64,000 nucleotides of DNA from an uncultured Chloroflexia bacterium (GCA_963724295.1 CAVRUC010000005.1:160001-224000), one strand, 5' to 3'. Counted from the stretch's first letter, positions 31,523 to 42,181 are shown. Numbers and translations are program-made. The notes: generated by a model from the sequence alone, not told the origin.

Positions 31523-32293
31523 TCAAATCAGCTTTTGCTCTTGCAACCAGCCCACCAGCTGCTTGGCCGCCTCGGTCGCGGCGACGTCCTGGACAATCGT
31601 GCCGGACACGGTCTTCGCCGGAACATGCGGCACATCCCAGGCAAGGCGGCACTCCGCCGGAACGCTCGCGGCGAAGGTCTCGACCGGTTTCTTCTTGGCG
31701 GCCATGATTCCCTTCAGGGACGGCAACCTTGGCTGGTCGAGACCCGTCGACGAGAGCAGGACAGCCGGCAAGGTCGAGCGGACAGTCTGATACCCGTCTT
31801 CCATGTCGCGCCGAACCAGCAGTCCGTCGTCTTCGACCTGGATCGCCACGACGTTGGAGATGATGGGCATCTTAAGCAGTTCGGCAACCTGCGCTCCGAC
31901 CTGCCCAGCCTCATAGTCATCGGATGTCTGTCCAGCGATGACCAGACTGCACTCCAGCGGTCGCAGCGCGTCGGCCAGGATCGATGCCATGCCCAGCGTG
32001 TCGGTGGCGTTGACATCCGCCAATTCCAGGTGCATCCCCCGATCGGCGCCCATCGCCAGGGCGCGGGTGATGACGTCTCGCACCGACGCCGGACCCGCGG
32101 CCACAGCGACAACCTCGCCATCGAACGATTCTTTGAGCCGCAGCGCTGCTTCAACGGCGTACTCGTCGTACGAGCTCATGCCGAGCTGAGCGCTCGGCAC
32201 GATGCGGCCATTGGCGCGGTCGATCCGGATGGCATTCATGTCCGGGACTTGTTTGATCAGCACCGCGATGGTCAACGGTCCGGCACTTGCCAT
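31523..32293 (-). CDS. etfB: Electron transfer flavoprotein beta subunit
   Basis: IKQVPD, YAVEAALRL, ALAMGAD, GQVG, PRLPSLKGIM. Confidence 0.95.
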   Translation of the reverse strand: MASAGPLTIAVLIKQVPDMNAIRIDRANGRIVPSAQLGMSSYDEYAVEAALRLKESFDGEVVAVAAGPASVRDVITRALAMGADRGMHLELADVNATDTLGMASILADALRPLECSLVIAGQTSDDYEAGQVGAQVAELLKMPIISNVVAIQVEDDGLLVRRDMEDGYQTVRSTLPAVLLSSTGLDQPRLPSLKGIMAAKKKPVETFAASVPAECRLAWDVPHVPAKTVSGTIVQDVAATEAAKQLVGWLQEQKLI

Positions 32294-32406
32294 TGAGTGT
32301 CTGCTTCTCCCTGCCCCAGCCGACGGCGCGGCTGCACGCACGGGCGGAAACGCGTCAATTCCGGTCGCGAATCATACCAGTGGCCAGGTCACGGACCGGA
32401 GCGATG

Positions 32407-34071
32407 TCACGTAGCGAGGGTTTCCCCGAGCGCGAGATGGATGTGCAGCGCGAGCTGCAGACGCATGCGCAGCCCCGCATCATCGAGGTCATACCCGGTG
32501 ATATCACGGATACGGTCGAGCCGGTAGAGGACGGTGTTACGGTGAACACCGAGACGCTCCGCTGCTTCCTTCGGGCTCCCGTTCGCCGCGAAAAACGCGT
32601 CCAGTGTGCTCACCAGATCGGCGTTGTTCTGCCGGTCATAGGCAAGCAATTCCCCGAGCGACTGTGCGTAGAGGTCACTCAGCTCCGGCAGCCCTTCGGC
32701 GGCAAAGATCAGCCGGTAAACGCCCAGGTCACCGAACACTGTCAGGTGACCAGGTCCATGCATTCGCCGTCCCAGCAGGAGCGCCTGGCGCGCCTCGGCG
32801 TGGGACCGGCGGATCCCGGCGATACCGCCCCGGATGGTGCCTACCCCGACCGAAATGGCGGTTTCTCCACCGGAACGCACCAGGCTCGCCAATTCGTCTT
32901 GCAAGGTCACTGCCAGGCGCCGTTCCTGACCCGCATCTGCCGCGGGGAGCACGAACTCGGCGCTATTGTTGCGAATTCGCCAGAACACCCGACCCCCCCG
33001 GGTCGTTCCCGTGCGGGCAATCGAAGCTTCCAGCCCCTCCCAGCGCTCGTCGCCGCCGCTGGCGCGGATTGGTCCCGCGGCGGCAGAATCGATCCGGGCG
33101 ACGATCGCCACATGGAACCCAAGCAGATCATGACCCAGGCGCTTCGCCTGCTGCAGAAGCGTCGCCTCGCTGCGCAGCGCGCCATCCAGCACCTCGTCCA
33201 GAACGTCGAGCTCGACTTCGCGCCGCACGGTCGCCGCGGCCTGTTCTCGCGCCAGCACCACGGCGCACGCCGCGGCGCCGCGAGCCGTGATCTGGGCATC
33301 CTCTGGCGTAGCGCTGCCGCGGGGTACGATCAGCGACACACTCCCTAGCAGCCCGTCGCGACCAATCACCGGCGCCACCAGCCGGGACCAGATGCTGTTG
33401 AGCTCGTAGGTGGCGGTCGGCGGATCGGCGGGGCTGGCCTCGGCCGTCGTGCGCAGCCAGCGCCCGACGACCGCGCGGTCGCGCTGCACGAACGACTCGA
33501 TCAACTCTCGGCCCGGCGCCGACTTGCCGACCGGGTGATACGCAAGGAGGCGACTGTCACGGCCTTCGAGAACGACGGGCCGGCCACTTATGCGCGCCAG
33601 CTCCTGCACCACGTCGCCGAGCGGCTCACCGGCGATGGCCAGGTCCATCAGCTGCCGCAACACCTCCTGGCCCCGATGCTGCACCGCCCGCCGGCGCTCG
33701 CTGATCAATCTCGCCGCGTCCCGCTCCAGCGCCCCCACATCCGCGCCTTTGGGCAGGGCTAGCAGCGGCAGACTGGCGGCTTCCGCGGCTTCCCGGGCCG
33801 GCTTGCCGATGGTGCCCAGCACTGCCGCCCCCGCTACGCCGAGCTCGGCCAGGCGGCGAATGGCCTCGTCCAGGTGCAATCCCTCGTCGAGTTCCGAAAG
33901 AATCGCCACCGGCAGGATCACCAGCTCGCCGCCGGCCAGATGCCCAAACGCGGGCGGGCTGGAACGGATGCGCGCCGCCCAGGTCACCTCGCGGCCGAGC
34001 CCCGCTGCTCCCGCGGCGACAGTCGTCCCGGGCGGCAACGCGAGCGCTATGACGTCTTCGACGGTGATCAT
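32407..34071 (-). CDS. PucR/CdaR family transcriptional regulator
   Basis: N-terminal PucR ligand domain (GLGREVTW, GGEL); C-terminal HTH LGVHRNTVLYRL. Confidence 0.92.
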   Translation of the reverse strand: MITVEDVIALALPPGTTVAAGAAGLGREVTWAARIRSSPPAFGHLAGGELVILPVAILSELDEGLHLDEAIRRLAELGVAGAAVLGTIGKPAREAAEAASLPLLALPKGADVGALERDAARLISERRRAVQHRGQEVLRQLMDLAIAGEPLGDVVQELARISGRPVVLEGRDSRLLAYHPVGKSAPGRELIESFVQRDRAVVGRWLRTTAEASPADPPTATYELNSIWSRLVAPVIGRDGLLGSVSLIVPRGSATPEDAQITARGAAACAVVLAREQAAATVRREVELDVLDEVLDGALRSEATLLQQAKRLGHDLLGFHVAIVARIDSAAAGPIRASGGDERWEGLEASIARTGTTRGGRVFWRIRNNSAEFVLPAADAGQERRLAVTLQDELASLVRSGGETAISVGVGTIRGGIAGIRRSHAEARQALLLGRRMHGPGHLTVFGDLGVYRLIFAAEGLPELSDLYAQSLGELLAYDRQNNADLVSTLDAFFAANGSPKEAAERLGVHRNTVLYRLDRIRDITGYDLDDAGLRMRLQLALHIHLALGETLAT

Positions 34072-34119
34072 TCCTGGCCGCGCCGCGTTCCGCGCCTCAT
34101 GTGGTCGCGGGCGCTCTTC

Positions 34120-35469
34120 TCACTCGCCATACCGGTCCCGTTCCCAGGGGCTCACGTAGCGCCGGTAGTCACTCCATTCGGCGCGCTTGACGAGCAGGAA
34201 CTGATCGCAGACGTAGTCGCCGAGCGCCTCGCGCACGACGTCATCCTCGGCCAGCGCCACGAGCGCGTCGCCGAGGGTCTGCGGCAGCGACGGCACGCCC
34301 AGGCGGATCAGCTCGGCATCGTCGTGACGGACAAGGTTCTCGTCTAGGGCCAGCGGCGGTTCTTCCGCCCGCCGTATCCCGTCTATTGCACTGGCCAGTG
34401 AAACGGCAAGCGCGAGATAGGGATTCGCCATGTTGTCCGGGGAGCGAAGTTCGAGCTCGACCGTTGAGTCGGTCGCCGGGCCCCAGGATGGCACGCGCAC
34501 CAACGACGCCTGGCTGAGTCTGGCCCACGTTGCGTGGCGTGGCGCGCGGTGACCGGCGGCCAGCCGCTTGTATGAGTTGACCGTCGGACAGACGATAGCG
34601 GTCATACCCCCCGCGTGCGCCAGCTGCCCGGCAATCGCGTGTCGTGCCTGGAGCGAGATGGTCTCGCCTTCGCCACGCAGGGCATCGGAACCGTCGCCGA
34701 GGTGGTAGAGACGCTGGAAGATGTGCATACCCGATCCCGGCGCGTCGGCAAGCGGCTTTGGCATGAAATTGGCGCGCAACCCATGTCGTTGGGCGACGGC
34801 ACGGATCACTTCGCGCACGGTAAGTACCGTGTCAGCCATCCGCAGCGGGTCTGCCGTGAGGAGATCGAGCTCCTCCTGCCCCGGCCCGGTCTCGTGGTGA
34901 GCCCCTCCGACCTGGATCCCCATCGCCGCCAGCGAGGCGACCACGTCGTCCCGCGTGCCGGTGCCGAGCCCCGGTCCGGTGCCGAAGTACCCCGCGGTAT
35001 CAGGCGGAGGCATCGACCCGGCGTTGTCAGGTTGAAAGAGGTAGTACTCGAGCTCGATCGCCACCCGGAAGTCGAATCCAGCTGCTCTCGCCTCGGCGAT
35101 GTTCCGCTCGAGCACCGAGCGCGGATCGCCGGCAAAGGGGTGACCGTCTCGCCTCCGCACGGAGCAAGAGAATCTGGCCCGCCGCCCGGTACCGGTCGGT
35201 TCGACATAGGTGACCAGCGTCGCCGGATCAGGCGCCAGAAAGAGATCCATCTCGACTTCGCGCTGTCCCCCCGTCACTGCCGACCCGTCGAACCGGTATC
35301 CGTGCTGGAGGACGGATGGCAACAGGTCACCCGGGATGGTCATCACCCGGGCGCCGCCGGCGATGTCGCTGAACTGCAAATCGACCAGCCGCACATCCTC
35401 GCGCGCGACTCGCTCCAGCAGCTCTTCCCGGGTCGCGGCGTCGCCGCGAGTTGCCACGTCCGTTGCCAT
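34120..35469 (-). CDS. Glutamine synthetase family protein (atypical active site)
   Basis: QFSDI, FDGSA, ELEYY, HHETGPGQ, FMPKP, GSGMH, NSYKRL, ELRSPD, NPYL. The canonical GYEAP and NRS motifs are replaced by GHRAP and SQA. Confidence 0.88.
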   Translation of the reverse strand: MATDVATRGDAATREELLERVAREDVRLVDLQFSDIAGGARVMTIPGDLLPSVLQHGYRFDGSAVTGGQREVEMDLFLAPDPATLVTYVEPTGTGRRARFSCSVRRRDGHPFAGDPRSVLERNIAEARAAGFDFRVAIELEYYLFQPDNAGSMPPPDTAGYFGTGPGLGTGTRDDVVASLAAMGIQVGGAHHETGPGQEELDLLTADPLRMADTVLTVREVIRAVAQRHGLRANFMPKPLADAPGSGMHIFQRLYHLGDGSDALRGEGETISLQARHAIAGQLAHAGGMTAIVCPTVNSYKRLAAGHRAPRHATWARLSQASLVRVPSWGPATDSTVELELRSPDNMANPYLALAVSLASAIDGIRRAEEPPLALDENLVRHDDAELIRLGVPSLPQTLGDALVALAEDDVVREALGDYVCDQFLLVKRAEWSDYRRYVSPWERDRYGE

Positions 35470-35851
35470 CGATCACCTCTCATCCGCCGGCGCACCCCAT
35501 TGGGCGACGCGCACAAGATCACCGGGAGCAGCGTACTTTCGATCCGCTGGATCGGCAACGTCGACGGTAATTCTGCAGGCTGACCCCTCCCACTTCACTG
35601 CCCGTCTCCCGAACTACTGCAACGGTTGTGGCATTTCCGCGGTTGGACGCGCAGCCCAAACGACGGACCAGGCGTCAAGGCGCTCCGGACGTTGGGCTCG
35701 GCCGGAGCGGCCGCTAATCTGAAGACCCACGCAGGAGTGGAAGTCCGGAATTGGTTCCGGGTTGGGGGCAGTGCTTGCCCTCGCGGTCGGTCTGGTAGGC
35801 CAGGATGGGTGCCGGGTCGACGTCGTGGATACCTGCCGGAGAGAGAAGACC

Positions 35852-38800
35852 ATGCAGGCAGCACCCCGCTCCGCCGACCAATTAGCGCCGCTCTGGGACC
35901 CGGGGTTCGAGCGCGACTCGTGCGGCGTTGGTCTCGTCGTCGATATTGCAGGCCAGCCCTCGCGCCGGATCGTCGAGCGCGCCCTGGCCGGACTCGTCAA
36001 TCTGACGCATCGCGGGGGCGTCGGCGCCGACTCCCGCACCGGCGATGGCGCTGGTGTACTGACCCAGGTCCCGCTCGCCCTGTTCGCGGAAACACTCGCC
36101 GCCGCCGGCCATGCCGATCTCGGGCCGGGTCAGCTTGGCGTGGCCATGATCTTTCTCCCCAAGGAAGAAGACCAGGCGGTCGCTGCCCGCCGCGCAATGG
36201 ATGACGCGGTACGCGGACGAGGTCTCGAACCGATCGTTTGGCGAGTGGTTCCCGTCGATCCCGGCGCCCTCGGCGACCAGGCGATCACGTCGATGCCGCG
36301 CATCGAGCAACTGCTCATCCGCCGTCCCGATGGAATGGGAGAAGACCGCTTCGAGCGCGAACTGTTCCTGGTCCGCAAGGTCGCCGATCGCGCCGCCGTT
36401 GCCGCGGGCTGGCCGGAGTTCTTCGTCGTCTCCTGCTCCGCGCGGACGCTCATCTACAAAGCCTTCTGTCTGCCCCGTGACCTGCCGCTTTTCTATCTGG
36501 ACTTGCAGGATGCGCGCTACGAAAGCGCGATCGTCCTGTTCCACCAGCGCTATTCGACCAACACCCTCCCCACCTGGGGAATGGCGCAGCCATTCCGCTT
36601 CCTGGCCCATAACGGCGAGATCAATACCGTCGGCGGCAACCGGCTCTGGATGGAAGCGCGCGCGCCACAGCTCCAGTTCCCCGACGGCACGTCGCTCGAC
36701 GAGCTGCGACCCGTGGTCTCCTGGGAAGGGAGCGACTCGCTCAGCCTCGACGATGTCGTCGGACTTCTCTATCACGGGGGCCGATCCCTACCCCACGCGC
36801 TGATGATGCTGGTGCCGGAGCCGTGGGAACAGCTCCCGGAGATGGATTCGGCCCGGCGCGCCTTTTACGAGTTCCATGCCGGACTGGTGGAGCAGTGGGA
36901 TGGGCCGGCCGCGCTTGGTTTCAGCGATGGCGTCATCGCCGGCGCCACGCTCGACCGCAACGGGCTGCGGCCTCTGCGCTACGCCATCACCAGTGATGGT
37001 CTCTTTATCGCGGGCTCTGAGGCCGGGACCGTCGAAGTCGACCAATCGACCGTCATCGAGAAGGGCCGGCTCGGTCCCGGCCAGATGATCGCGGTCGATA
37101 CCCGGCGCGGCATCGTCCTGCGCAATGATCTGCTCAAGAGCGAGGTCTCGATACGGCAGCCGTACGCCGATTGGCTCGCCACCGGGCGCATTCAGCTCGA
37201 CATTCAGGATGAAGACCTGGTTCTTCCAGTCCCGACCGCGGCGAGCAACGGCTCTCCCGTTCGCGCCAAACCGGACCAGGCGACCGTCGCCCTGCAGCGC
37301 GCCTGCGGCTACACCGCCGAGGACCTGCGCCTGATTGTGAACCCCATGGCCGAGGGTCTCGAACCGACCTGGTCGATGGGCGATGACGCTCCTCTTGCCG
37401 TGCTCTCTGAGCGGCCGCGTCCCCTGCACGCGTTTTTCCGCCAGCGCTTCGCACAGGTTACGAACCCGGCCATCGACTCATTGCGCGAGCGTAAAGTGAT
37501 GGCACTCGACAGCTTTATCGGGCGACGCGGCAATCTCCTTGAAGAACGTGCCGACCAGGCGCGTCTGCTCCAGCTCTCGAGCATCGCCATTGACGACGCC
37601 ACGATGCGGGCCATCAAGGAGCTCACAACCGACGGCGTCGCCGCGGCCACCATCTCGACACTGTTCGAGATTCCGAAGGCGGATGCGGACGCCGTTCCGG
37701 GCACGACTCTCGGAGCAGCGATCGAGCGAATCACCGCTGAAGCTGAAGCCGCCGTCCGTGGCGGAGCCGGTATCGTGGTCCTTTCCGATCGGGGCATCGA
37801 CGAAAGTCACGCGCCGGTCCCCGCGCTGCTTGCTACCGGGGCCGTCCATCACGCGTTGATCCGCGCCGGACTACGCAACCTGGCCGACGTCGTCGTCGAG
37901 AGCGGCGAAGTGTATGACGTTCATGCCCTCGCCTGTCTGATCGGTTACGGCGCCTCCGCAGTCAATCCCTACCTGGCCCTGGCCGCCGCCGCCAGCCTCA
38001 GCGGTAGTCGCGGCTACGAGGAGGACTCCCCGGGAGGGCTGCAACGGAACTATCTGCAGAGTCTCGAGAAAGGCTTCCTCAAGGTCGCCTCGAAGATGGG
38101 CATCTCGACGGCGATGGGATACCGCGGCGCCCAGATCTTTGAGACCCTCGGTCTCTCCAGCGAGCTCGTCGACCGCTTTTTCACGGGGACACCGGCGCGA
38201 CTCTGCGGAATCGGGCTGCCCGAGATCGAAGCCGACATTCGGCGCCGTCACGGCGAGGCGTTCGGCGACCCGGCGCCGAAGCTGGCCGATCTGGGGTTCG
38301 TTCGCTACCGCAAGGAAGGCGAGCCGCACGCCTTCGAGCCGCCGCTGGTGAAGCTCTTGCAGGAGGCGGTCAACACCGGCAGCGGCGAGGCCTATCGCGC
38401 CTACCGGGACCACGTCGCTCAACACGCGCCGACCTCCGTCCGCGACCTGATGCGCGTGCTGCCGCTCGGTGAGCCAGTTCCATTGGACGAGGTCGAGCCA
38501 GTCGAGTCGATCGTCAAGCGGTTCGTCGTGACCGCGATGTCGCTCGGCTCATTGAGTCCAGAGGCACACCGCACGCTCTCAATTGCCATGAACCGGCTCG
38601 GTGCCCGCTCCAACTCCGGCGAAGGCGGAGAGGACCAGACTTGGTACGACGAAGCTGGACCCGACGTGGCGCACTCCAAGGTCAAGCAGGTCGCCTCCGG
38701 AAGGTTCGGGGTCACCGCTCGCTATCTCTCCATGGCCGAGGAGCTGGAGATCAAGATTTCTCAGGGGAGCAAGCCCGGCGAAGGCGGCCAGATTCCCGGG

Positions 38801-40399
38801 CACAAGGTCACCCGCTTCATCGCCAGTGTTCGCCACGCCGTGCCCGGTCTGCCGTTGATCTCGCCGCCTCCCCATCATGACATCTACTCAATTGAAGACC
38901 TGGCCCAGCTCATCTACGATCTGCGCCAGATCAACCCTCGCGCCAGGATCGGGGTCAAGCTGGTTGCTGAAGCCGGCGTCGGCACGGTCGCCGCCGGTGT
39001 TGCCAAGGCGCGCGCCGACTACGTCCTGATCAGTGGTCACTCGGGGGGAACGGGCGCATCGCCGCTCGCGTCAATCAAACACGCGGGGTGCCCCTGGGAG
39101 CTCGGACTGGCCGAGACGCAGCAGACACTGGTCAAGAACGGCCTCCGCTCGCGCGTGCGGCTCCGCACTGACGGCGGTCTCAAGACTGCGGAAGACGTCG
39201 TCATGGCGGCCGTCCTCGGCGCCGAGGAGTTCGGATTCGGAACGTCGGTGCTGGTCGCCATCGGCTGCGACATGGCCCGCCAGTGCCACCTCAACTCCTG
39301 TCCAACCGGGATCGCGACCCAGCGCGAAGACCTTCGAGCCAAATACACCGGCACCCCGGACCAGGTCGTCACCTATTTCCTGCACCTGGCGGGGGCGATC
39401 CGGGAAGAGCTGGCCGCGCTCGGCGCTCGCACGCTGGACGAGCTCGTCGGCCGCACCGACTTGCTTGCGGCGAAAGATCTCCCTGGCCGCGCCGGCATGC
39501 TCGACGTTTCACCGTTCTTCGCGCCACCGGCGCCCGAGTCAGAGCGGCGCCATCAGGTTGGACTCAGTCCCCAAGCCGCCACACTCGACGATGCCGTGAT
39601 CGGGCTGGCGGGTGAAGCCCTGGCCACTGGCGAGCCGGTCGACATTGATATGGCGATCCGCACCGAGAACCGCACCGTCGGCGCCAAGATCGCCAATGCC
39701 ATTACCGTCCGACATCCCCAGGGCTTGCCCGATGGCGCTGTTTCGATCCGGCTGACGGGCAGCGCCGGCCAGAGTTTCGGCGCGTTCATCGTCGACGGCA
39801 TGCGTCTCGATCTCGAAGGCGAGGCCAATGACTACGTTGGCAAGGGGATGACCGGTGGCGAGATCGCCATCCGGCCGCCCTCCGCGGCCCCATTCGACAC
39901 TCCCCAGGCCATCGTCGGCAATACCGTGCTCTACGGCGCGACCGGCGGCAGCCTGTTCGCGGCCGGTCGCGCCGGCGAGCGCTTCTGCGTCCGCAACAGC
40001 GGCGCCACGGCTGTCGTCGAGGGAATCGGTGACCATGGCTGCGAGTACATGACCGGCGGCCGGGTCGTGGTTCTCGGACCGACCGGCACCAACTTCGGCG
40101 CCGGCATGACCAACGGCTCCGCGTTCGTCTACGACCCCGAGGGCGAGTTCCCCAGCAAGATCAATGGCGAGTCGGTCCTGCTCGAACCGGTGCCCGGCGA
40201 AGTCGACGCGCACGAATTGCGCTCGCTCGTCGAGCGACATTTGGCAATGACCGGTAGCAGCCATGCTCGCCGCTTGCTCGCGGAATGGCCGAACACCCTC
40301 CAGTCCTTCTGGAAGGTCATCCCTCGCGCCTCCATCGCCGCGCGCGTCGAGGCCGAAACCGAGGCGGAGCCGGAACCGGCGCGGGGCGCCGCCGACTGA
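35852..40399 (+). CDS. gltB: Glutamate synthase large subunit
   Basis: ERDSCGVG (Ntn Cys), HQRYSTNT, AHNGEINT, SNSGEGG, QGSKPGEGG, CDMARQCHLNSC, GXGXG C-terminal domain. Confidence 0.97.
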   Translation: MQAAPRSADQLAPLWDPGFERDSCGVGLVVDIAGQPSRRIVERALAGLVNLTHRGGVGADSRTGDGAGVLTQVPLALFAETLAAAGHADLGPGQLGVAMIFLPKEEDQAVAARRAMDDAVRGRGLEPIVWRVVPVDPGALGDQAITSMPRIEQLLIRRPDGMGEDRFERELFLVRKVADRAAVAAGWPEFFVVSCSARTLIYKAFCLPRDLPLFYLDLQDARYESAIVLFHQRYSTNTLPTWGMAQPFRFLAHNGEINTVGGNRLWMEARAPQLQFPDGTSLDELRPVVSWEGSDSLSLDDVVGLLYHGGRSLPHALMMLVPEPWEQLPEMDSARRAFYEFHAGLVEQWDGPAALGFSDGVIAGATLDRNGLRPLRYAITSDGLFIAGSEAGTVEVDQSTVIEKGRLGPGQMIAVDTRRGIVLRNDLLKSEVSIRQPYADWLATGRIQLDIQDEDLVLPVPTAASNGSPVRAKPDQATVALQRACGYTAEDLRLIVNPMAEGLEPTWSMGDDAPLAVLSERPRPLHAFFRQRFAQVTNPAIDSLRERKVMALDSFIGRRGNLLEERADQARLLQLSSIAIDDATMRAIKELTTDGVAAATISTLFEIPKADADAVPGTTLGAAIERITAEAEAAVRGGAGIVVLSDRGIDESHAPVPALLATGAVHHALIRAGLRNLADVVVESGEVYDVHALACLIGYGASAVNPYLALAAAASLSGSRGYEEDSPGGLQRNYLQSLEKGFLKVASKMGISTAMGYRGAQIFETLGLSSELVDRFFTGTPARLCGIGLPEIEADIRRRHGEAFGDPAPKLADLGFVRYRKEGEPHAFEPPLVKLLQEAVNTGSGEAYRAYRDHVAQHAPTSVRDLMRVLPLGEPVPLDEVEPVESIVKRFVVTAMSLGSLSPEAHRTLSIAMNRLGARSNSGEGGEDQTWYDEAGPDVAHSKVKQVASGRFGVTARYLSMAEELEIKISQGSKPGEGGQIPGHKVTRFIASVRHAVPGLPLISPPPHHDIYSIEDLAQLIYDLRQINPRARIGVKLVAEAGVGTVAAGVAKARADYVLISGHSGGTGASPLASIKHAGCPWELGLAETQQTLVKNGLRSRVRLRTDGGLKTAEDVVMAAVLGAEEFGFGTSVLVAIGCDMARQCHLNSCPTGIATQREDLRAKYTGTPDQVVTYFLHLAGAIREELAALGARTLDELVGRTDLLAAKDLPGRAGMLDVSPFFAPPAPESERRHQVGLSPQAATLDDAVIGLAGEALATGEPVDIDMAIRTENRTVGAKIANAITVRHPQGLPDGAVSIRLTGSAGQSFGAFIVDGMRLDLEGEANDYVGKGMTGGEIAIRPPSAAPFDTPQAIVGNTVLYGATGGSLFAAGRAGERFCVRNSGATAVVEGIGDHGCEYMTGGRVVVLGPTGTNFGAGMTNGSAFVYDPEGEFPSKINGESVLLEPVPGEVDAHELRSLVERHLAMTGSSHARRLLAEWPNTLQSFWKVIPRASIAARVEAETEAEPEPARGAAD

Positions 40400-40484
40400 C
40401 GCCGTCTTCCTGACCGATACGGCAGAATGACCGCCGCGCGAATACGATCGCGCGGCGGTCGTCTGTTCGGGCGAGGTGGGCGGC

Positions 40485-41513
40485 GTGACAAACAGGCGCT
40501 ACTGCGTCTTCAGCGGCAGAGTCGTCGACCGGCGGTCGGAAAGCCGGGGCACGAGTCCGCACTATCACATCCTGCTCGAAGGGGGCGGCCAGCGCTTCCG
40601 CGTGGCGGTCAATACTCGGTCTGGCACGAGTCACTCCCGGAAATCCGACCTCCTCTATTTCGCCGACGATGACTTCCGGCACATTGTCACGTCGCGGCTG
40701 GCGGTCGTTCCCGACGGCGATCACCATGTCGAGTCGCGACCGGGAGGGCTCGCCCTGGATTACCAGCGCGGCGGAATGTTCGACCGCCGCCACATGCGGC
40801 GTATCCCGGCCAGCCGCCCCGGTCCTCGCAACGATCTCGTCGACGAGCTCGATTTTTACGTCGAGCGAGTGCTCGACGACCCGACCAACCGTCTCCACGC
40901 CTATGGCACGCGCTGGGGTCCGGAGCTTCACAAGCCCGACCAGGTGTTCGACTTCAGCCCCGGCAACGGCATCCACGACGTCCACATGAACCAGGGCAAC
41001 CGCGACGAGCATTGGCATGACAACGGCATCTGGTCCGACGGCGGTCTGATCTTCCAGTGGCCCGAGCCGGACCCGGATCGCTGGTCAGCGATCTTTCTCG
41101 CGTTCCAGACCCAAAGCTGGCACACCGATGACCGTGGCCAACCCACTCCGTATCCCGATCGTGATGATCGGGCGCCGGCGGCGAGTGATGACAATCGCAC
41201 TCCGCCCGCCCGCATCGTCGCTGCCTTCGTGCATCCCAACGACGAGAAGCTCGGCGTCGAGCACGTCTCGATCAGGAATGACAGCCACGAGCCACTGCCC
41301 GTCGCCGGCTGGCGGTTGCAAAATCGAGATGGTGACGCGACGGTTCTGGACGGCGTCGTGCTGCCGCGCACCGTTCGCCGGTTCGAGCTCCGCCAGGATG
41401 TTCCCCTCTCCAGCAGGGGCGGCCTGATCCTCCTCCTCGACGGCGACGGCGAAGAAGTCGACGGGGTCTCCTACACGCGCCACGAGGTGCGACGCAAGCA
41501 CGGGTTCACTTAA
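40485..41513 (+). CDS. DUF2278 (YukJ-like) protein with C-terminal lamin-tail-like domain
   Basis: PHYHI, GGLALDY, GIHDVHMNQGN, NGIWSDGG, FLAFQTQ; C-terminal E.VSIRN...GWRL...LSSRGGLILLLD. Confidence 0.8.
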   Translation: MTNRRYCVFSGRVVDRRSESRGTSPHYHILLEGGGQRFRVAVNTRSGTSHSRKSDLLYFADDDFRHIVTSRLAVVPDGDHHVESRPGGLALDYQRGGMFDRRHMRRIPASRPGPRNDLVDELDFYVERVLDDPTNRLHAYGTRWGPELHKPDQVFDFSPGNGIHDVHMNQGNRDEHWHDNGIWSDGGLIFQWPEPDPDRWSAIFLAFQTQSWHTDDRGQPTPYPDRDDRAPAASDDNRTPPARIVAAFVHPNDEKLGVEHVSIRNDSHEPLPVAGWRLQNRDGDATVLDGVVLPRTVRRFELRQDVPLSSRGGLILLLDGDGEEVDGVSYTRHEVRRKHGFT

Positions 41514-42181
41514 CTTCTGACCTGGGCATGTCGCCAGGCCAGCATGACCCCCTGCATCAAACAGACTGCCGCCAGCCCGAACAACAGGCCGCCGACCACG
41601 TCCGACGGCCAATGCACCCCGAGGCGCACGCGTGAGAGGGCAATGAGGGCCATCATGGCAATGGCAAAGATCTGGATGCCGCGCGCGACGAGTCGATTCG
41701 CGATCGCCTGCGGCGCGATGATCGCGATCGCGCCATAGAGAAGCGCCGCGCCCAGCGCGTGACCGCTCGGGAATCCCAGCCCGTCCGCCTTGGCGACGAT
41801 CACAACGGCTTCGATCGACGGTCGCGGGCTGGCGATCACCACCTTCAAGACCGGCCCGATAGCACGCAGCGCCGCCGCAAGCCCGAGGAACAGCGCCAGG
41901 TCGCGACGCCCGAGAACGGTCAATAGCGCCACGCCAATGACCGCGAGCACGAACATCGACGGAAAGTCGTCGCCGATCAGACTGATGACTCCAGCGACAG
42001 CATCGATCGTTCCCGAAGTCGGCCGCTGCACCGCACGCGCGATCGCGATGTCGCCGGGCACCGTTCCTGGCCCAGCGGCAACCACGGCCAGGACGAGCGC
42101 GGCAAGCAGCAACGCGAGACCCCCAAGCAGCCATCTGCTTGACGTTTCCCCCTCTCCTGCCTTCGACGGTCCGGGTACCAA
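41510..42181 (-). CDS. PAP2 family phosphatase (start uncertain)
   Basis: K-x6-RP (KVVIASPRP), FPSGH, SRVRLGVHWPSDV. Confidence 0.88.
   Translation of the reverse strand: MVPGPSKAGEGETSSRWLLGGLALLLAALVLAVVAAGPGTVPGDIAIARAVQRPTSGTIDAVAGVISLIGDDFPSMFVLAVIGVALLTVLGRRDLALFLGLAAALRAIGPVLKVVIASPRPSIEAVVIVAKADGLGFPSGHALGAALLYGAIAIIAPQAIANRLVARGIQIFAIAMMALIALSRVRLGVHWPSDVVGGLLFGLAAVCLMQGVMLAWRHAQVRS

Noticed and set aside
35680..35740. Glutamine riboswitch (glnA or downstream-peptide) upstream of gltB
   Set aside because: It starts with CGTTG, but the complementary CAACG needed to close P1 is absent downstream.
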